64,000 nucleotides of DNA from Phoronis australis (GCA_002633005.1 NMRA01000882.1:46564-110563), one strand, 5' to 3'; positions 28,981 through 41,956 are shown, numbered from the stretch's first letter. The notes: a model not told the origin generated them from the sequence alone. Program-made: numbers and translations.

Positions 28981-29440
28981 TCAGGTCCATTTGTACAGAT
29001 TTAGAGTTCCCTCGCGCGTACGTACAATACTGTCACCATAGTCTTTAAAGCGACTACTCAACTGAGCTAGATATACTTTAAATAGCCATCACGGTGGTAC
29101 GACCGCCACATTATGCACTCGCTTGCATTCAGTTGCGCATGCTCATAGAAACGACCATCGGTGCCAAGTTTATAAATCACTGAAGAGTTGTTGAACTGGG
29201 GCGTCACATAATATAACTGATCGCCAGCTTCAAAAAATGTTGCATATCCGTTGCCACGGTTGGGCAGAGTTTCTAAGTAGTCAAATCGCCTGGCTGTCTG
29301 ATTCCACTTGAAAATGGTCGGTGACTGTTTAACACTGTCATCAGTGACAGCCATGTATCGGACGTCGCTCTTAGTTCTAAATGTTGTTGGAGCAGTTTTT
29401 CCGCCAAAAATCTTGGGCATCGTTTGATAAGTACTCCATT
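28981..29440 (-). pseudogene. EAR/EPTP-repeat (TSPEAR/LGI-like beta-propeller) exon, frameshifted
   Basis: After the acceptor ttttcattccag: WSTYQTMPKIFGG...SPTIFKWNQTARRFDYLETLPNRGNGYATFFEAGDQLYYV...SSVIYKL...RFYEHAQL...WRSYHRDG. The repeat pattern resumes in a shifted frame as KVYLAQLSS...GTLNLYKWT*. This matches the EAR pattern S-x-IYxW...F...Q/ETLP...F...G..Y. Confidence 0.65.
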
Positions 29441-29592
29441 CTGGAATGAAAATGGTGACGTCACATAATAAGTGTCACTTTTAAGAAAACTAGTTCTGTT
29501 GAGCCGTGAGAACACACAGGCGCATACCAGTGTTTCCTTGTCCAAACTAAGTAAAACTCTCATCTTGTAAAAAGTCTACTCGCAACATTTAC

Positions 29593-29656
29593 GCAGCTTG
29601 ACATATCTGGTGCCTGTGCTGCCATCTTCGGTGTAGATACCAAACAGAGAGATGGC
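29593..29656 (-). pseudogene. Possible upstream exon of the EAR-repeat gene (AISLFGIYTEDGSTGTRYVKL)
   Basis: tatttcag acceptor and GTAAAT donor in phase 1, which matches the phase needed by the exon starting at 29440. Confidence 0.35.
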
Positions 29657-30457
29657 CTGAAATACAGCTCAGCTTGAGTAGGTCCCATTGGCAAACAAAG
29701 ACTGAGGGATTGCATGTGGTCTGCAGCAATTTTGTGAGGTTTATGACCACATACAATAGCGTCTCAAACACTTTTCGACAAAATGCCAATTCAAAATATT
29801 GTTTTTGACAAAATGTTCTCGCAAAAGGGTTAATTTGGGAGGTGAAAATTTACAAAGAATTCAAAGGATTTTCACACAGCTACGGAATTCTAGAGGATTT
29901 TCAACATTTTTGCAATGTCTTGCTGAACTTGTAAAACTCAATTGAGATGATTTATTTTGTCAACATGATGCATGTACATTTTATCGAACTTTCCTAGAAT
30001 TCATTTGAAACGACTAATAAAAACCAGCGCCTACCGAAAGGTGACATCTCTTAAACTAAACTAAAAATGACCACACTTTTAAACGTATTAATTATCGATT
30101 ACTCCCCATGGACGACGAGAAAACAATTCGTTTAATATTTTTCCTAATTACTTAAATTTCGCTTTATGTTCTCATTTTGCTTTGTCGACGTTATCATTGT
30201 GTTACTGAATGATGTCTCTTAGGACATGTATCACGCCTTTCGTAACACATGGGACATCTTCCTAGCTTCAAATTTCCTTTAAGTGGTGATAGTTATGTGC
30301 CTATGTCCGACTTTCAGTAATGAAACAAATCATTCCCAATAGAAAGCCACGTGCCTTGCTGTTTGACTGAAGTTTACTTGCGCGCGAAGGAAAGAATTGA
30401 ATCGAAGGAAATACCAGAATGTTCGAAATAACGCACTGAATGCACTACATGTAACTA

Positions 30458-30845
30458 GTGAATGGCTATACAGACAATGCATTAGATATAAGAGGTGAAT
30501 GGCTATACAGACAATGCACTAGATTTAACCGGTGAATGGTTATACAGACAATGCACTAGATAAAACCAGTGAATGGTTATACAGACAATGCACTAGATTT
30601 AACCGCTGAATGGTTATACAGACAATGCACTAGATATAACCGGTGAATGGTTATACAGACAATGCACTAGATATAACAGGTGAATGGTTATACAGACGAT
30701 GCACTCGATATAACCAGTGAATGGCTATACAGACAATGCAGTACTTATACCAGTGAATGGCTGTACTGACAATGCACTACATCTATGCAGTGAATGGCAA
30801 ACAGAAAATGCACTACATTTAACCAGTGAATGTCAAAAACAGACA
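30458..30845 (+). repeat. 37-bp minisatellite, about 10 copies
   Basis: Unit gtgaatggttatacagacaatgcactagatataaccg starting at 30458, 30495, 30532, 30569..., degenerating toward the right. Confidence 0.95.
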
Positions 30846-30886
30846 AACTCCACGGGAAGTGATCGCGAAAGTTTACTCGAGGTTAA

Positions 30887-32212
30887 AGGCGAAGGCAACC
30901 ATTTTTCATGTCACTTTTAGCACAAATAAGATTCGTTGATTATCCCAGACACATTTTTCACTTAATTACAACTTTTCGTAATTTGATTAATTTCTCGTCC
31001 TCTACTCCGGAAGTGTCGTTTTGGGAGGCAAGAGTTTTGCGCCAATTTCTTTTCATTATAGTCTGACTGTGAGAGCTGTCGAGTCAGTCATTGTTCTACC
31101 TCGGTTGTGATAAGTTCGGTCGTCGTTTTGCTTTTGCTTACGAGTCAGTCAACATGCCACGCTGTTGCTGCGTGCCGGGATGTACTCATTATCTTCTCAC
31201 ACGCGCTTTGGGTAGCTTGCATCGCTTTCCGAAGGATGACACACTTCGCCGTACTTGGCTAGCTCGTTCATGTGAAGAACGCAGCGCTACACGTCCACGC
31301 AACGTACAAAGCAGTGGAGGGTTACCGAATGTGTGGCAAGCATTTTCTACCGTCAGATTACGACAGAGATATGTACGCTGAATTGATGAAGGCCCCTGCG
31401 AAACAACGCCTGAAGAAGTGTACCACGTCGCTGTTGATTCCCGGCAGTGCCCCGTCGCCAACCCCGAGAAGTGAGTTTTTGAAGCGAGAAGCCTCGCCAG
31501 CTGTGGCCACTATATACACTGTACAGTGATTGGTGGCACTTCATCTACTGTCAGCAGTGCCTCCGAACGTACCCCATAACGTGCAATTCCGGGAACTAGC
31601 AGTGATTTGCCCTGTGCTGTTGTCTCTAGCCCAGAGCATGTAAGCAGCCCTGCAGCGATGGTCAGTAGTGGGAGAGAGGCCCAGTTCGACACCCAGTGAA
31701 GAGGACAGTTCGTCATCCAATGAACAGATCGGTGAGCCTAAGTTTCATAAGTTTATTGTGGACTTGTATTGGAGCTATTTAGAAGGCGTCAGGTGTGTGG
31801 CGAGGTAGTCACACGGTGGGATGTAAACTGTTTGGGTGCTGAGATCACCCTCCAGTTGAAGTGTGTTGCGGGACACTCGGGCAAGTGGGACAGTTCTTCC
31901 TCTGTACTTTAGACGATAATAAGTATGCAGCAACAGCGTGTCATGTTGACTGACTCGTAAGCAAAAGCAAACGACGACCGAACTTATCAAAACCGATGTA
32001 GAACAATGACTGACTCGACTGCTCTCACAGTCAGACTATATGAAAAGAAATTGGGGCCAAATTCTTGCCTCCCAAAACGTCACTACCGGAGTAGACGACG
32101 ACTAATTAATTAAATTACGAAAAGCTGTAAATAAGTGAAAAATATGTCTGGGATAATCAACGAACCTTATTTTTTTGCTAAAAATGACATGAAAAAAGGG
32201 TTGCCTTCGCCT
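30887..32212. mobile_element. Non-autonomous Kolobok-type DNA transposon with ~300-bp TIRs and TTAA TSD
   Basis: TTAA|AGGCGAAGGCAACC ... GGTTGCCTTCGCCT|TTAA. 30887-~31190 is the imperfect reverse complement of ~31915-32212. Contains a THAP remnant. Confidence 0.85.
31154..31529 (+). pseudogene. THAP domain (transposase N-terminus), frameshifted
   Basis: MPRCCCVPGC...SLHRFPKDDTLRRTWL, a frameshift near 31260, then YRMCGKHFLPSDY...QRLKK. The C2CH THAP signature is split across two frames. Confidence 0.8.
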
Positions 32213-33200
32213 TTAATGTGCAGTTTTTACTACATTAACGCATTTGTAAGTCGAAATTTTGTTTCAATGAAGGTAGCTCCATATTAAAATAATCCCATGG
32301 CCGATTTTAATGAAGACTTCCCAATTTACCTTAAAAACGCTCTTAAGAAAGTTCTATTAATAAGTTGGTTTTGTTTTTATGCCAAATTAACTTCCCAAAA
32401 CGTAAGGTATTTTTTTGTAAAAATAGCAACCAGTTCCATTTATATAACGGAAGCATAGGCCACCTAGGCACATAAAAGGATAATCCTACTATCGTTTTAG
32501 AGATAGTTGAATAGATATTAAGTTTAGAAAGATGCAATAAAAGTCACTCAGCCATTCTGAAGAACACGTGTTCCTAACTTCCAAATAGTTCGATTTGGCC
32601 AAACCGAAAAAAAAAATTAAAAAGTTGCAAGTATGCAAAGTCTGAGGGTTATCACTTACTTATCAATAATGATATTGCTGGCGTACTAAAAGTCCCAATA
32701 TATGTAAATATTTCTCTGCTGCCTACGTCAAGAACTTTCTATATTTTTTGACATCACCACTCTCCTTCCTGTCACGTCGCTCGAGTCGTGGAACTCGTAA
32801 CATTCCTTCCCACAGACATCGTAAGCAGTTTTTCCTTTCTGTAAAAGTTTAATCCGAATCAAAGTTAAACCTTTGCGAATGTAAAGTATACCATTTTTTA
32901 GTTTCCGGATGAAAATATCAATAAGTCTACCATTTTGTATATTGCCTATATTTACTTGGTGATCTTCAAGTTTGCCAAACTTTGTCTTCTCGATTCCGTT
33001 CAAAGTTATAACGTGTACAGGATTAGGAAAATAGGGAATATGGCCCGTCCGTGTACTATGTAATTCTATGAAATTTTTGAAAGATAAACTGCTGACGTTT
33101 GACCAGTAGATGTCGCCATGTATTCACGAACATTCAACTAAATTACCCACGGCAGCATACCGTCATTGAGGCCTCTTTACTGGCCTCTAGGCTCAGCAAC

Positions 33201-33720
33201 TCATGATATATTGGATACACTAACTCCTGCATTGGCCGCCAGGATCGCACATACAAGGCCCCCTCTTTATGATGAACTCGCGATACAAGGAATACATTTC
33301 AAATCCTGATCTCTACTTACCACTAGCTAAGGGTCTATTATCAGAGATTTCCCCACTATCTTATGTTATATTGGATACACTGGTTCCTTTATTGGCCGCT
33401 AGGCTCGCACACGAAAGACTTCCTCATTATGAGTAATCCACTGCATAATATTAAATATTCTGATCTCTTTACATATCACCAGGGCAGACAACCAGTGATT
33501 GCACCAAAACTCGTGTTTTATCGGATACAGTGTTTCCGGAATGGCCCGTAGGCTCGTACATGCAAGACCTTCTCTTTTTGATAAACTCGAAATAAACCAG
33601 AAACAGTCCACATTCTGCTCTCGTACGTTTCCACTAGATTACCATATTCTACCAAGTAACTTGCGATATACCAGAATCATTCCATGATTTGATCTTTTAA
33701 TTTGCCGCTAGCGTCGCTAA
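33201..33720 (+). repeat. Degenerate tandem repeat, ~150-160-bp period, 3+ copies
   Basis: t(c/t)atg.tatattggatacac...ttggccgc.agg.tcgcac recurs at 33201, 33361 and 33511. Confidence 0.7.
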
Positions 33721-34159
33721 TGCTATAACTAAAGTTTTTCGCAATTCCGGAGTTTTTTAACTGAATTGCAGAAGTGAGTCTTTAGTAAGTCCATGATAAG
33801 GTATGATTATAGTAGAACCAAAAATACATAATCTAATACTCGTCATTTCTCATACCTGACTGTATCGGACAGGTTCATAAATATTATTTGTTACCAAATT
33901 GCGAAAAAATGACACGGTGTAACAGTAACATTAAAATGGAAATGAACCAGAGAGGTTATATGAATGACTTATTAAACCAGCAAGAGAATAAATTCAATGA
34001 TTCAAAAGATTTCTACCCTATCACAACATGCATGTAGATTACGGGTCCCTTACAGTTGTGAAGAATTTGGTCACTCATTCATCCAAAGATATACATCTTC
34101 ATATATTATTTTGGTTTTTCGTGCCGTTTGATACAGTTCTTCAGTAAAAAGTCAGGATG

Positions 34160-34818
34160 NNNNNNNNNNNNNNNNNNNNNNNNNNNNNNNNNNNNNNNNN
34201 NNNNNNNNNNNNNNNNNNNNNNNNNNNNNNNNNNNNNNNNNNNNNNNNNNNNNNNNNNNNNNNNNNNNNNNNNNNNNNNNNNNNNNNNNNNNNNNNNNNN
34301 NNNNNNNNNNNNNNNNNNNNNNNNNNNNNNNNNNNNNNNNNNNNNNNNNNNNNNNNNNNNNNNNNNNNNNNNNNNNNNNNNNNNNNNNNNNNNNNNNNNN
34401 NNNNNNNNNNNNNNNNNNNNNNNNNNNNNNNNNNNNNNNNNNNNNNNNNNNNNNNNNNNNNNNNNNNNNNNNNNNNNNNNNNNNNNNNNNNNNNNNNNNN
34501 NNNNNNNNNNNNNNNNNNNNNNNNNNNNNNNNNNNNNNNNNNNNNNNNNNNNNNNNNNNNNNNNNNNNNNNNNNNNNNNNNNNNNNNNNNNNNNNNNNNN
34601 NNNNNNNNNNNNNNNNNNNNNNNNNNNNNNNNNNNNNNNNNNNNNNNNNNNNNNNNNNNNNNNNNNNNNNNNNNNNNNNNNNNNNNNNNNNNNNNNNNNN
34701 NNNNNNNNNNNNNNNNNNNNNNNNNNNNNNNNNNNNNNNNNNNNNNNNNNNNNNNNNNNNNNNNNNNNNNNNNNNNNNNNNNNNNNNNNNNNNNNNNNNN
34801 NNNNNNNNNNNNNNNNNN
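34160..34818. other. Assembly gap (N run)
   Basis: Run of N. Confidence 1.
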
Positions 34819-35108
34819 CGTGAAGCATGAGGAAATATTGAGTTCGGATGGGGGGGGGCTCAGACGCGGACAAGCGGTTCCCTTTTTTTCGTAGTCCACG
34901 GATAGACTTTCTGAACAGAAGGTCCACATCCCTCGGACCCCGCAACTCGGGGCCGCCCTCTGTACATATAATCGGTCTTTGCCCAATTCCCCGAGGATGT
35001 TAGGCCACCTCCTTATGGTATCCTAGAACCGCCATTGTCCTTACATAGCGGGTTTATACTGCCATATCCTTAGTGCTGCGGTGCTAAATTTGGACTGAGT
35101 CCAAGTTA

Positions 35109-35502
35109 CCGGTTGTATAAAAAATCCCTAACAGGGACTAAACTGAGTTCCTCAATTCTTTTACGTATTTGTTCATAACTCACATGAGAAATATTTTTCT
35201 ATCATCTTGATTATGAGCTATTCTTTGGCGAACAATTTCTAATAACATAACTAAAAACTCACCCCTTGATTCAATCAAACTAAGTAGGGACTTTTTACAT
35301 GAATTACAAAAAAGATCCTAACCTTTTTACAATAATACTGAGAATCTGACTATTGTCCACACTCTATTTGTATCGAAACTAAAATTGGGTTAGTGTCTGA
35401 TATTCAAACAGCTCTTAAAAGAAAGATTAGTACTCAGTGTTTTCACAAACCCACACATTTGCAGTAGACTTAGGGAACTTTTAGGGGTGTTTCGTGCAAC
35501 CG
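35109..35502. mobile_element. Old MITE, possibly Harbinger-like
   Basis: ccggttgtataaaaaatccctaa ... ttaggggtgtttcgtgcaaccg imperfect inverted ends. Confidence 0.4.
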
Positions 35503-36350
35503 CGCGCTGGGTATCAAAGCCGACGACGCTCACTTGCATGTACAACAGAATTTGAATTGGTGAATAATCTTAAAATACCATGCAACAACGTGCTTGTTTT
35601 TTTTGCACCAATACACAAGTAAATGTTGACGCGTTAAAATGCAAAATCTATTACCTTTGTTACTTGTTATTGTCAATTTTTTGGTCTCCGAACTCATTCT
35701 CAATAGTGTACGAATGCTGATAATAAAAAATATCTGCAAATTACAATATGAATAAGCACAAACTATTTACTTTACAGCCTAACGTCATTTGTGTGAAAGA
35801 AAATGGATAACTTGGTGTAACATATATCCGACAATAAAATATTCCTAGAATCACGTTTCTCAAATCCACACTCAATACTACAGCCACAGAATGTGCGTAC
35901 ATGTATGTGTATTAGTTTTGATATATACAAAATGAACTAGTTTCTAAAATATTTTGGAATTAGAACACATTTGACACTCAGTTTCGCTCATGGCTGTATT
36001 CTCCTGCAAATCAACTCAACTCACGACTTCAAGCTTATCACAGGGTAGAAGAAACAAATAGACCACAAGGCCCACACTGTCAACATACTATGTAGCTACA
36101 TGTATGTGAACCCACTTTGCCATCTGTCTCCACTTTTCCTATCTTAAACAGTACACACCATGGATTTTTGCACATTTTGAATTACCGGTGGCCACAGACT
36201 AAATATATGGGTAAATTTTAGCTAAACCCATGTTTATTTTGTGTAATTAGCTCGAAATTTTTATTTTTCTTTCAATTTTGCCAATTTTCACATTTGCCGC
36301 CATGTGACGTCATGGGTTGAACACAAGAGATCAGTGACTAGCATTCGACA

Positions 36351-36620
36351 ATGACGGAGAGCAGGGAATTTGAAAGCAACGACGATTATGAGCAAGAATT
36401 GAACGAATACTATGAAGAAACGTACGGGAATAGTAGCCAGGATGAGGAAATGGGGTTGCACGAAAGCGAGAACAAGTTTAATGTGCTTCCGGCTGCGTAC
36501 TTTTCTATTTTGAGTCTTACGAACTGGATCCTCTCACGAGAGAAGCAGCCTCGGGCTCAGAGAGTCAACTCAGTCATCAGAGATGATCCTGAATTAAGAG
36601 CTGATGTTTCTGAACGATAA
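36351..36620 (+). pseudogene. Acidic N-terminal stub, probably the Kolobok accessory (KolX-like) gene
   Basis: MTESREFESNDDYEQELNEYYEE... begins just inside the left inner inverted repeat and converges on the THAP stub. Identity is inferred from position only. Confidence 0.4.
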
Positions 36621-36630
36621 ATATTGTCCT

Positions 36631-36870
36631 TTATTGAACCAGGCCTTCATCGTAACGTTTCCTGTGACTGGAGTCGAAACACGAGTCCTCAAAGTGGGCA
36701 AAACACAGAGTGGCCCCGGACCGAATCGCTTGGTCCACGATGACGTCCCCCACTCTCCTTCAGCGCACGAAGCGATGCCACTTCTGCGCAACTTCGGTGT
36801 CCTTCGGGACACCGAGTCGTTCTCCGCCTGGCTGCTGTTGCTGCAGCCCCGGAAATACATCTTTTGATCC
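36631..36870 (-). pseudogene. THAP domain remnant
   Basis: Across frameshifts: KRCI / RGCSNSSQ / PKDTEVAQKWHRFVR*R...ATLCFAHFEDSCFD, giving the THAP P, W and CxxHF motifs. Confidence 0.75.
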
Positions 36871-38510
36871 CTCTACGAACCTTCTCGACGCTAATTGTAC
36901 TTTGCTTTCACTTCACTCTATACACTTTGTTTCTGATCCGAACAGTATGGCGAACGACTTGGGTTCAACCCATGACGTTGCACATAATTATTATTTTTTC
37001 AATTTTTGCGTGTTTCTTTATGAGTTGTGCACTAAAGGCACTGAAATCAAGTAAGGTATAATAATAACATTTATTTTGAGGTACTATAATCATGTTGTGT
37101 ACACTTTAAAAAGCGGGACGTGGAAAAAATAAAAAGGGCGTGCTGCGTCAATGTCAACGTACACGATAACCTAAAACGTTTTCTAGAGGTTTTAATATTC
37201 TTATTGGTAATGGGAAAACAGTCTTACATGTTAACAGTGGCCAGCTGTAATGAAGGTATTCAAGGACAAACAAAATGCGGTAGACTAAAAATTAGAAAGT
37301 CACTACAATGAGATAATGAAAATTTTCCCACTTTTTCCTTTTCTTCATCACTCAGGTAACGGAGTCCGCCAAATTCCTCATTTGCTGACATCTTGCATCA
37401 AAGTAGCTATCGTTCCGTGCCTGGTTTAGCGACGCGGTTGTTTTTTCCGAGTTTCGATTTGTCGTTGTAAAAACGCATTGACGTCATACTGTATGTGTCA
37501 CCATTAGAGAGTTGTGTTTGACTAGCAATGAACCGCGCAAGCAAGTCTATACCTGATATGTACAGGGATCGAGGAAAGCGTAGTTGGTCTGCCGTATTGT
37601 TTGTAAACGAGGATCAAATTAAGTTCCCAGTTCACCCTGGCCTACATAAAGGTATCATTTGTGGAGGGCTAGGACAAATATCAGATTGTCCACTATGACC
37701 ACCATGGATACAATCCCCCTCTGTTGTCACTAATCCTCACGTTGGCTGTCGTCATTTTGCATCCCTCTACTCATCACACTTCTTTAATACATGGCCACTA
37801 TGAGTTATGTGCTGACATTAACAGCCACCATGGAACCCAGGGGCTACGTTTTGCCTAGTTAGTGACCTGATGGTTTATGTAGTTACAATATAATTTCCCC
37901 TATCCACTTATTCAGTTTCTTCGCCTTTTGCTTGTCTCGCGTGTTCAAGGTTATAAGTTATCATTTTTAGTTTTTTTCAAGATCTTCTTCGATTGCGTCC
38001 ACTTTGCAACTTGTTTTCATTTCCAGGCTTCGTTCCTTTGCGTTTGGTAGTCCGAACAAATAAGAGAGGGTTGCTTTTTCGGAAGAACTTTTCACGTCCA
38101 CGGCGAAAGCAAAAGTGCAGATAACTCCACTATTTTGCTTAAACGCACATTTCAGGCCACGTGACATGGCATGTTTGTATTAGCCGATTTAGCCTATAGA
38201 TTCCAAGTATTGAAAATTTATTATGAATTCATTTCCTTCATTCTGCCGTCCTTTAGATTTACAAAGTTGCTTTTGGTTTTTAACATCTTTTTTCCTATTC
38301 GGAGTGTTTATTTCGTCAAGAGTCATGAGTTTTTGCACATAAGTTCCATGAGAAGTATAACCGTAAGAATCCGACGTCAGATGTTTTAAGTTGCGTTTGA
38401 AAAGCGAGGAACTGTCTTTGGTATCACGAACCTGGAACGGTATTTGAAAGGGGACTTTACAAATATATACAGTTGTAAAGAGACAATACCAGTCAACCGC
38501 GTGGATAAAA

Positions 38511-38727
38511 CATGTGCGCACCCGGGGGGGGGGGGGGGGGTTGCATGACCTCCCTCCGTTTGGCACAGCGGGCAAAAAGGTCCATCCCAGAAAGACAAAA
38601 AATACGAAAAAAAGGAGAAAACTAAAAAGGTAGGAGTTTGGCGAATGAACGAATCTTCTTTTTAGTAAAATGTCTGCAACCACAAAATTTTTTGCAACCC
38701 CTACATTTATGTCTGGGTGCGCGCATA
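38511..38727. mobile_element. MITE with CATGTGCGCACCC-type TIRs
   Basis: catgtgcgcacccggggg ... ctgggtgcgcgcata. Confidence 0.6.
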
Positions 38728-39610
38728 CAAGAGAATTAAACAAACTTGCCACACAAACTGTCACACGACCACGAGCGTGTTTTAACTACAGAGAACGATG
38801 ATTCAAGTTTTAAACCATTGACGTCGTGAACACTAAAAAACAGGCTATGCTGACTTTTTACTGTGCCAGTGGGTGAACCTTATGTACAAGATCGCCGAAC
38901 TGGGGAAAACACAGACTCATCATTCATCTAGTATATGAAAGATTTTGTAATCTAAAACTCTGTAATGTTCGATTTAAGGGTCGCTATTCTGCATACCGTG
39001 TTTGAGGGATTGTCACTTCAATAAATTGATATACAAAAAATATATCTGATCTAGGACTAATACGATTAAAAAAATAACTCTCATCTAATATGGCCAGTCT
39101 TGTTTAATAATCAGTGTGGAAAATGATTTTAATATTGTATAAAATGCAGGAATTATATCAAATTCATTTTTGTTAACCCCAGGGCCACAAAGGCATTAAT
39201 CGCAGTGAATATATGTAATAGTGATGAACTTCGAGGTAACAACGAAGCAACAAGACGGGCAATCTACTGTAGAACTGGTACATGTAGGGTTAAACAAGAT
39301 ATGTTTAAAATATTTTGAGAAATAATGCTGAATCGGTGTTAATGATTTTATTACATAAATGTTTATTATCATTGATAAACATGTACAAAAACACAAACGA
39401 TAAACATGCGAACACATATTACATATTCACATGGAATGACTAGCCTTGTAAAAAGTACGCGACTGCTGCTACGTGGAATTAACATGAGCAACAATTTTCA
39501 GAAAAAATGTCACACAAAATCTTTATAAGCAATTAATTTTTTGGCAATATTCTACTCGAGAGTATATGTAACAGACTTTTTGGCTGGAGGTTGCAAATTT
39601 TCAAATGAAA

Positions 39611-40725
39611 ATAATGAGATTTGTGTCACTCTGACATAAATCCTATTATTTGGGCAAATACCATTAAACAGTACTTCATGCTTCACATCCAACTCCTAGC
39701 TATCTGGGTGAGGTAAATGCCCAGCCATTATAAAAACGCCTACCTTTTCTGCTACGCAAGTTAACTGTTCCACCGCAATACCAACAGTTGTGCATAATCT
39801 CTTGACCTGAGCACATACATGTAGGAACCTGAATGTCAGTTATCTTCGGCTGAGCTACCCTAGCTCGTACACGGTGTATTAGATTCGTAATAATCCCGGG
39901 GCACTAAACTTGGGGGTAATTAAATGAGCCCTAAACCGGCTGGATTTCGCCAGGATATGCTGCGATATGAGTGAGGGTGAGTTGGGTTTTGGGGGCAGTT
40001 TGGTCCCGGGGAAGGCCCGGCCGGTGGCACCGTACCATGCGATGCTCGGGTGGGCACCACTGCAGGTCCTCCAGGTACGTTTGTGCCTGCACCGTTATGT
40101 CGTGCAATTTCCCTTGTACTTATGACATAGCAGTGTCTGGTAGGTGGTGTGGTGTTAGTAGAGGTACCTGTAATGTACAACAACCACAACTCCGCCTCTA
40201 TCGTCGACCAAGTTGTGGCTGGGTTTCGAACTTTGCGGGAGCGGTACTGCTCATCGTGAGGTATCGATACTGAGCCATAAACCCACGTTCCTTGCAATAT
40301 CTCTTCATCACTCCGGTTGGTCTGCTCACTCAGCTTGTACGGAACCTGCTTTGCAGCCGGGTTGTTATAGCCCAGTTGGCTGTTTGATGTACACACTTGG
40401 TACTAAATACGACATTTGCCCATTTGGCAGTTTGTACCCAATTGGTACTTTTTATTGAATTTGCCGTTTTGCTTGACCCACTTGGTAGGTAATCGGCCAT
40501 TACCCATTTGGTATTATGTGCCCATTTGGTACTAAGCTTACCTGTGCCATTTATTATCCGATATTCAATTACAATTTGGGTATCGGAAATGTGAGTGTTA
40601 TCTCTTGTTATTAAGGAACCCATCTGGTTCCTTCTGTGAAATATTTATTTGTAAGTCTGTGACCCTGAAATTCCCAATGCAACATAAAATATATGTTATT
40701 CTTGTTGTTTTATTTGTCCCCATTA
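39611..40725. mobile_element. Unclassified interspersed repeat, copy 1
   Basis: Both ends are shared with 41957-43120 and, inverted, with 58307-58688. Terminal hairpin and repeated cccatttgg motifs. Confidence 0.75.
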
Positions 40726-41956
40726 AAAGGTCTCATCAAGTTCAAGAATAACGTGTTTATGAGGAAAACAATTGAGAAGATGCATGTGATAATTATGAAA
40801 TAGATTTTCGAATTCCTTTCAAAATTCCTCTTCAGGGCGACAACCCCAGAAAGGGTGTAACAGCGTCTGTGGAGCTTTATTATAAAACGAACAAAAATAA
40901 AATCCCGTGATTGTACTGTGACTAAAAACTTTTTGTTGCAATCTGAATCTTGTTTATCATAACAAAGTGGAGCCATTTAATGTCGTGATTCTTTTATCCG
41001 CAATTTTTCTTCCTATGTAAACTTTGTAAACTCTGTAGTTCCAGTTTAAACTCCGGTTTCTTCCATGCCGTTGAAGAAAGAACCAATATGTCTACACCCC
41101 TTCATTACTTTTTTAAGTGGGAAATTGCTAGGAGAAAAGAACTTACTTTAAAAAAGACTTTTTTGAAATATTCTTAGAACAGAAACAGCACCGATGCAAT
41201 CTGCAAAGTCGGTTGCCACGTCGGATCCGTTTACCATACGGTCTATACTAACGAAATCACAATCAGAGGTATACATAACTCAGATGAATCTTAAGCTTTT
41301 ACATACCATGGCTCATAAAAACACTTTTGTTGCTGATTGCCAAGTTACTATTAGCCACAAAGTGTGGTTCAATTTTTTGTATTCTGAACTATTTTTTTCT
41401 TATTCAAAGCTTCCTCTCTATCTCCTTCAGCCATCTCTGTCCCTCTTTCCGCGTACATGTATTTTTAAAAGGTATAAAAGTGAAGTAAGAAACTTTGTAA
41501 AATCGTCAAGAAAAGCTTTTAAATGGGAAAGTATGAGAATTAATCGGATATCGAAAATACATGGGTATGTATTGGAAATCAGTGATCCCTTACGGGTTAA
41601 CACCAAGAACTTTTCTTTATTTATTTGCTTTCATGTGAACTCCAGGTCACTAAAGTGGTTGTCTTATACCGTTTTAGAATTAAAACTTGCATTCTGAAAT
41701 TGCAGTAACATTTACTTATCGTTAGTCCTCAGTGGGCCTACGTGTACGTTGAGCGCATTAATACTGTAGGCTTCTACACAGACATCAAGAATTCCCGACA
41801 GTAATCAGCACTTGCAAGTCTATGAGAACTATAAACAGTTCATACACGCTTTTCTAATAGCTATATTGGATAAAAACAAATGACGTTCTTGGAATTATTT
41901 GGAAAAAGTAGAGATATTTTTATCAAGAATACGGAATATTGCTGTGTAACCCACAA

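Larger units (their letters stand above)
36148..37105. mobile_element. Internally deleted Kolobok-type transposon with two convergent gene stubs
   Basis: TTAA|AcaGTACACAcCATG ... CATGtTGTGTACacT|TTAA. A second inner inverted repeat at 36307-36327/36958-36978. Acidic ORF on + and THAP on -. Confidence 0.7.

Noticed and set aside
30458-30845. CRISPR-like appearance of the 37-bp repeats
   Set aside because: The variable parts are short and homologous to each other rather than unique spacers. No cas genes; eukaryotic context.
34106-34986. Long ORFs of 231-281 aa
   Set aside because: Artefacts of translating the N gap.
38189-38764. 191-aa ORF
   Set aside because: Runs through a MITE poly-G tract, and its composition looks non-coding.
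39920-40396. 158-aa Pro-rich ORF
   Set aside because: Lies inside an interspersed repeat, is not conserved as an ORF in copy 2, and has no recognisable domain.
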